Origin: an uncultured Gammaproteobacteria bacterium
GTDB taxonomy: Bacteria; Pseudomonadota; Gammaproteobacteria; HyVt-429
Length of the DNA stretch: 64,000 bases
Reading direction: 5' to 3'
Assembly: GCA_947259975.1 (NCBI GenBank)
Contig: CAMYOD010000037.1
Span: forward strand, 9,522 to 73,521
This document shows positions 62,148 to 64,000 of this stretch, in pieces; position 1 is the first letter of the stretch; every line of letters begins with the position of its first letter. The translations under genes were made by a program, and so were the position numbers. Below the pieces are notes generated by a model that did no database searches, was not told the DNA's origin, and saw only the letters and a list, made by a program, of their open reading frames with translations.

Positions 62148-63881
62148 TTGGAATTAACCGGAGCAGACATTTTTGTCCGATGCCTGGAGGACGAGGGGGT
62201 CGAGTACATTTTCGGCTATCCTGGCGGGGCCGCGTTGCATATCTACGACGCCCTGTATAGGCAGGATAAGGTCAAGCACATACTGGTGCGCCATGAGCAA
62301 GGGGCAACCCATGCCGCGGACGGCTATGCCCGCGCCACCGGCAAGCCGGGTGCCGTGATCGTGACTTCCGGCCCGGGCGCGACCAATGCGGTGACCGGTA
62401 TCGCGACGGCCTATATGGATTCAATCCCGCTCGTGGTGTTCACCGGGCAGGTCCCCACTATGTTGATCGGCGACGATGCGTTCCAGGAAGTGGACGCGGT
62501 CGGCATCACGCGCCCGTGTGTTAAGCACAACTTCCTGGTCAAGGACGTCAAGGATCTCGCCATGACCATCAAGAAGGCCTTCTACATCGCGACGACTGGC
62601 CGACCCGGGCCCGTGGTGGTGGATATCCCGAAGGATGTGACGGCGGATATCACCGAATACGATTATCCGGATGCCATCAGTATGCGTTCCTACGCGCCGG
62701 TCACCAAGGGTCATCAGGCGCAGGTCAAGAAGGCTGCCGCGCTGATTACTTCGGCAAAGCGCCCAATGATCTATACCGGCGGCGGCGTGATTCTCGGCAA
62801 CGCCGCCGAATCGCTCACCGAGTTCGTGCGCACGCTGGGCTATCCCTGCACCAACACGCTCATGGGTTTGGGAGGTTATCCGGCGACGGATCCGCTGTTT
62901 GTCGGCATGCTCGGCATGCATGGCACTTATGAGGCCAATATGGCGATGCACGAGTGCGACGTGTTGATCGCCGTGGGTGCGCGTTTCGACGACCGGGTCA
63001 CGGGGGACCTGAATAAATTCTGCCCGCATGCACGTATCGTGCATATCGATATCGATCCGGCGTCGATCGGCAAGAACGTACCGGTGGAGATTCCCATCGT
63101 CGGCAACGTCGACGGCGTAATAAAGGATCTGCTGAAGGCAATTCGCGCCAGCAAGAAGAAACCCGATGCGGAGGCCCTGGCCGCGTGGTGGGAGCAGATC
63201 GAGGAATGGCGCGCCATGAATTGCCTGACCTTCGATCGCGCCTCGGAGCTCATCAAGCCCCAGTATGTCATCGAGACGCTGTATAAGCTGACAGACGGGG
63301 ACGCCTTCGTGACCTCCGATGTGGGCCAGCACCAGATGTGGGCGGCGCAGTTCTACAAATTCGACAAACCGCGGCGCTGGATCAACTCAGGCGGTCTCGG
63401 CACCATGGGGTTCGGTCTCCCGTCCGCGATGGGCGTGCAGTTGGCCTATCCGGATGCGCTGGTGGCCTGCATCACCGGCGAGGCCAGTATCCAGATGTGC
63501 ATCCAGGAACTGTCCACCTGTAAACAATACGGCCTGCCGATCAAGGTGATCAATCTGAACAATCGCTATATGGGCATGGTGCGCCAATGGCAGGAGTTCT
63601 TTTATGATCGGCGTTATTCCCACTCCTACATGGATGCGTTGCCCGATTTCATCAAGCTTGCCGAGAGCTATGGGCATGTGGGCATGAAGATCGAGAAGCC
63701 GGGCGACGTGGAAGGTGCGCTGAAAGAAGCGATCGCAACAACCGACCGGCTGGTGTTCCTCGATTTCATTACCGACCAGACGGAAAATGTTTATCCCATG
63801 ATGCCAGCCGGTAAAGGGCATCACGAGATGGAGCTGGGCCCCTGCAGCCAGGTCGTTTCCACTAACCGCGAGCTCGCCTGA
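62148..63881 (+). CDS. ilvI: Acetolactate synthase large subunit
   Basis: [27 protein letters not shown] and [11 protein letters not shown] start with SD GAGG. Confidence 0.96.
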   Translation: MELTGADIFVRCLEDEGVEYIFGYPGGAALHIYDALYRQDKVKHILVRHEQGATHAADGYARATGKPGAVIVTSGPGATNAVTGIATAYMDSIPLVVFTGQVPTMLIGDDAFQEVDAVGITRPCVKHNFLVKDVKDLAMTIKKAFYIATTGRPGPVVVDIPKDVTADITEYDYPDAISMRSYAPVTKGHQAQVKKAAALITSAKRPMIYTGGGVILGNAAESLTEFVRTLGYPCTNTLMGLGGYPATDPLFVGMLGMHGTYEANMAMHECDVLIAVGARFDDRVTGDLNKFCPHARIVHIDIDPASIGKNVPVEIPIVGNVDGVIKDLLKAIRASKKKPDAEALAAWWEQIEEWRAMNCLTFDRASELIKPQYVIETLYKLTDGDAFVTSDVGQHQMWAAQFYKFDKPRRWINSGGLGTMGFGLPSAMGVQLAYPDALVACITGEASIQMCIQELSTCKQYGLPIKVINLNNRYMGMVRQWQEFFYDRRYSHSYMDALPDFIKLAESYGHVGMKIEKPGDVEGALKEAIATTDRLVFLDFITDQTENVYPMMPAGKGHHEMELGPCSQVVSTNRELA

Positions 63882-63885
63882 TCCG

Positions 63886-64000
63886 ATGCGCCATATTATT
63901 TCCATTCTCCTCGAGAATGAGGCCGGTGCCTTATCGCGCGTTGCGGGACTGTTTTCCGCGCGTGGCTATAACATTGAGTCGCTCACGGTGGCACCGACCG
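63886..64000 (+). CDS. ilvH: Acetolactate synthase small subunit (5' part, truncated by the window)
   Basis: Manual translation [38 protein letters not shown] (ACT domain). Confidence 0.95.
   Translation, partial: MRHIISILLENEAGALSRVAGLFSARGYNIESLTVAPT

Overview
GC-rich Gammaproteobacterium chromosome segment; the lineage is inferred from gene order and cannot be resolved further. It is mostly core genes: bamE-fur-recN-nadK, hrcA-grpE-dnaK-dnaJ (CIRCE plus two sigma32 promoters), rnfABCDGE-nth, metG, apbC-dcd, aroC, LysR/leuCDB-asd-fimV-truA-trpFBA-accD-folC-dedD-cvpA-purF, SAM-II riboswitch-metZ, glycerate kinase, lpxH, gltX-cysS and ilvIH. Three accessory inserts stand out. (1) 28.2-36.7 kb: a DSF-type quorum-sensing cluster (rpfG, rpfC, rpfF) with a second full-length RpfC paralogue whose phospho-acceptor His is replaced by Arg while its REC and HPt are intact. 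rpfG-rpfC1 and rpfC2 are each preceded by an identically spaced CRP/Clp-box + TACAAT module. This is my best candidate for an undescribed variant system. (2) 8.9-12.3 kb: a bufferin-type MNIO RiPP operon (DUF2282 precursor, DUF692, DUF2063, DoxX) followed on the same strand by an ArsS-like radical SAM gene. (3) 19.7-21.4 kb: an orphan membrane-anchored gene bracketed by direct GTAG-type REP copies and inverted heptamer arrays; an 'empty' inverted heptamer structure also lies between aroC and an MFS gene. No rRNA, tRNA, CRISPR array, transposase or integrase was recognised. All calls come from reading motifs by eye; no database searches were run.
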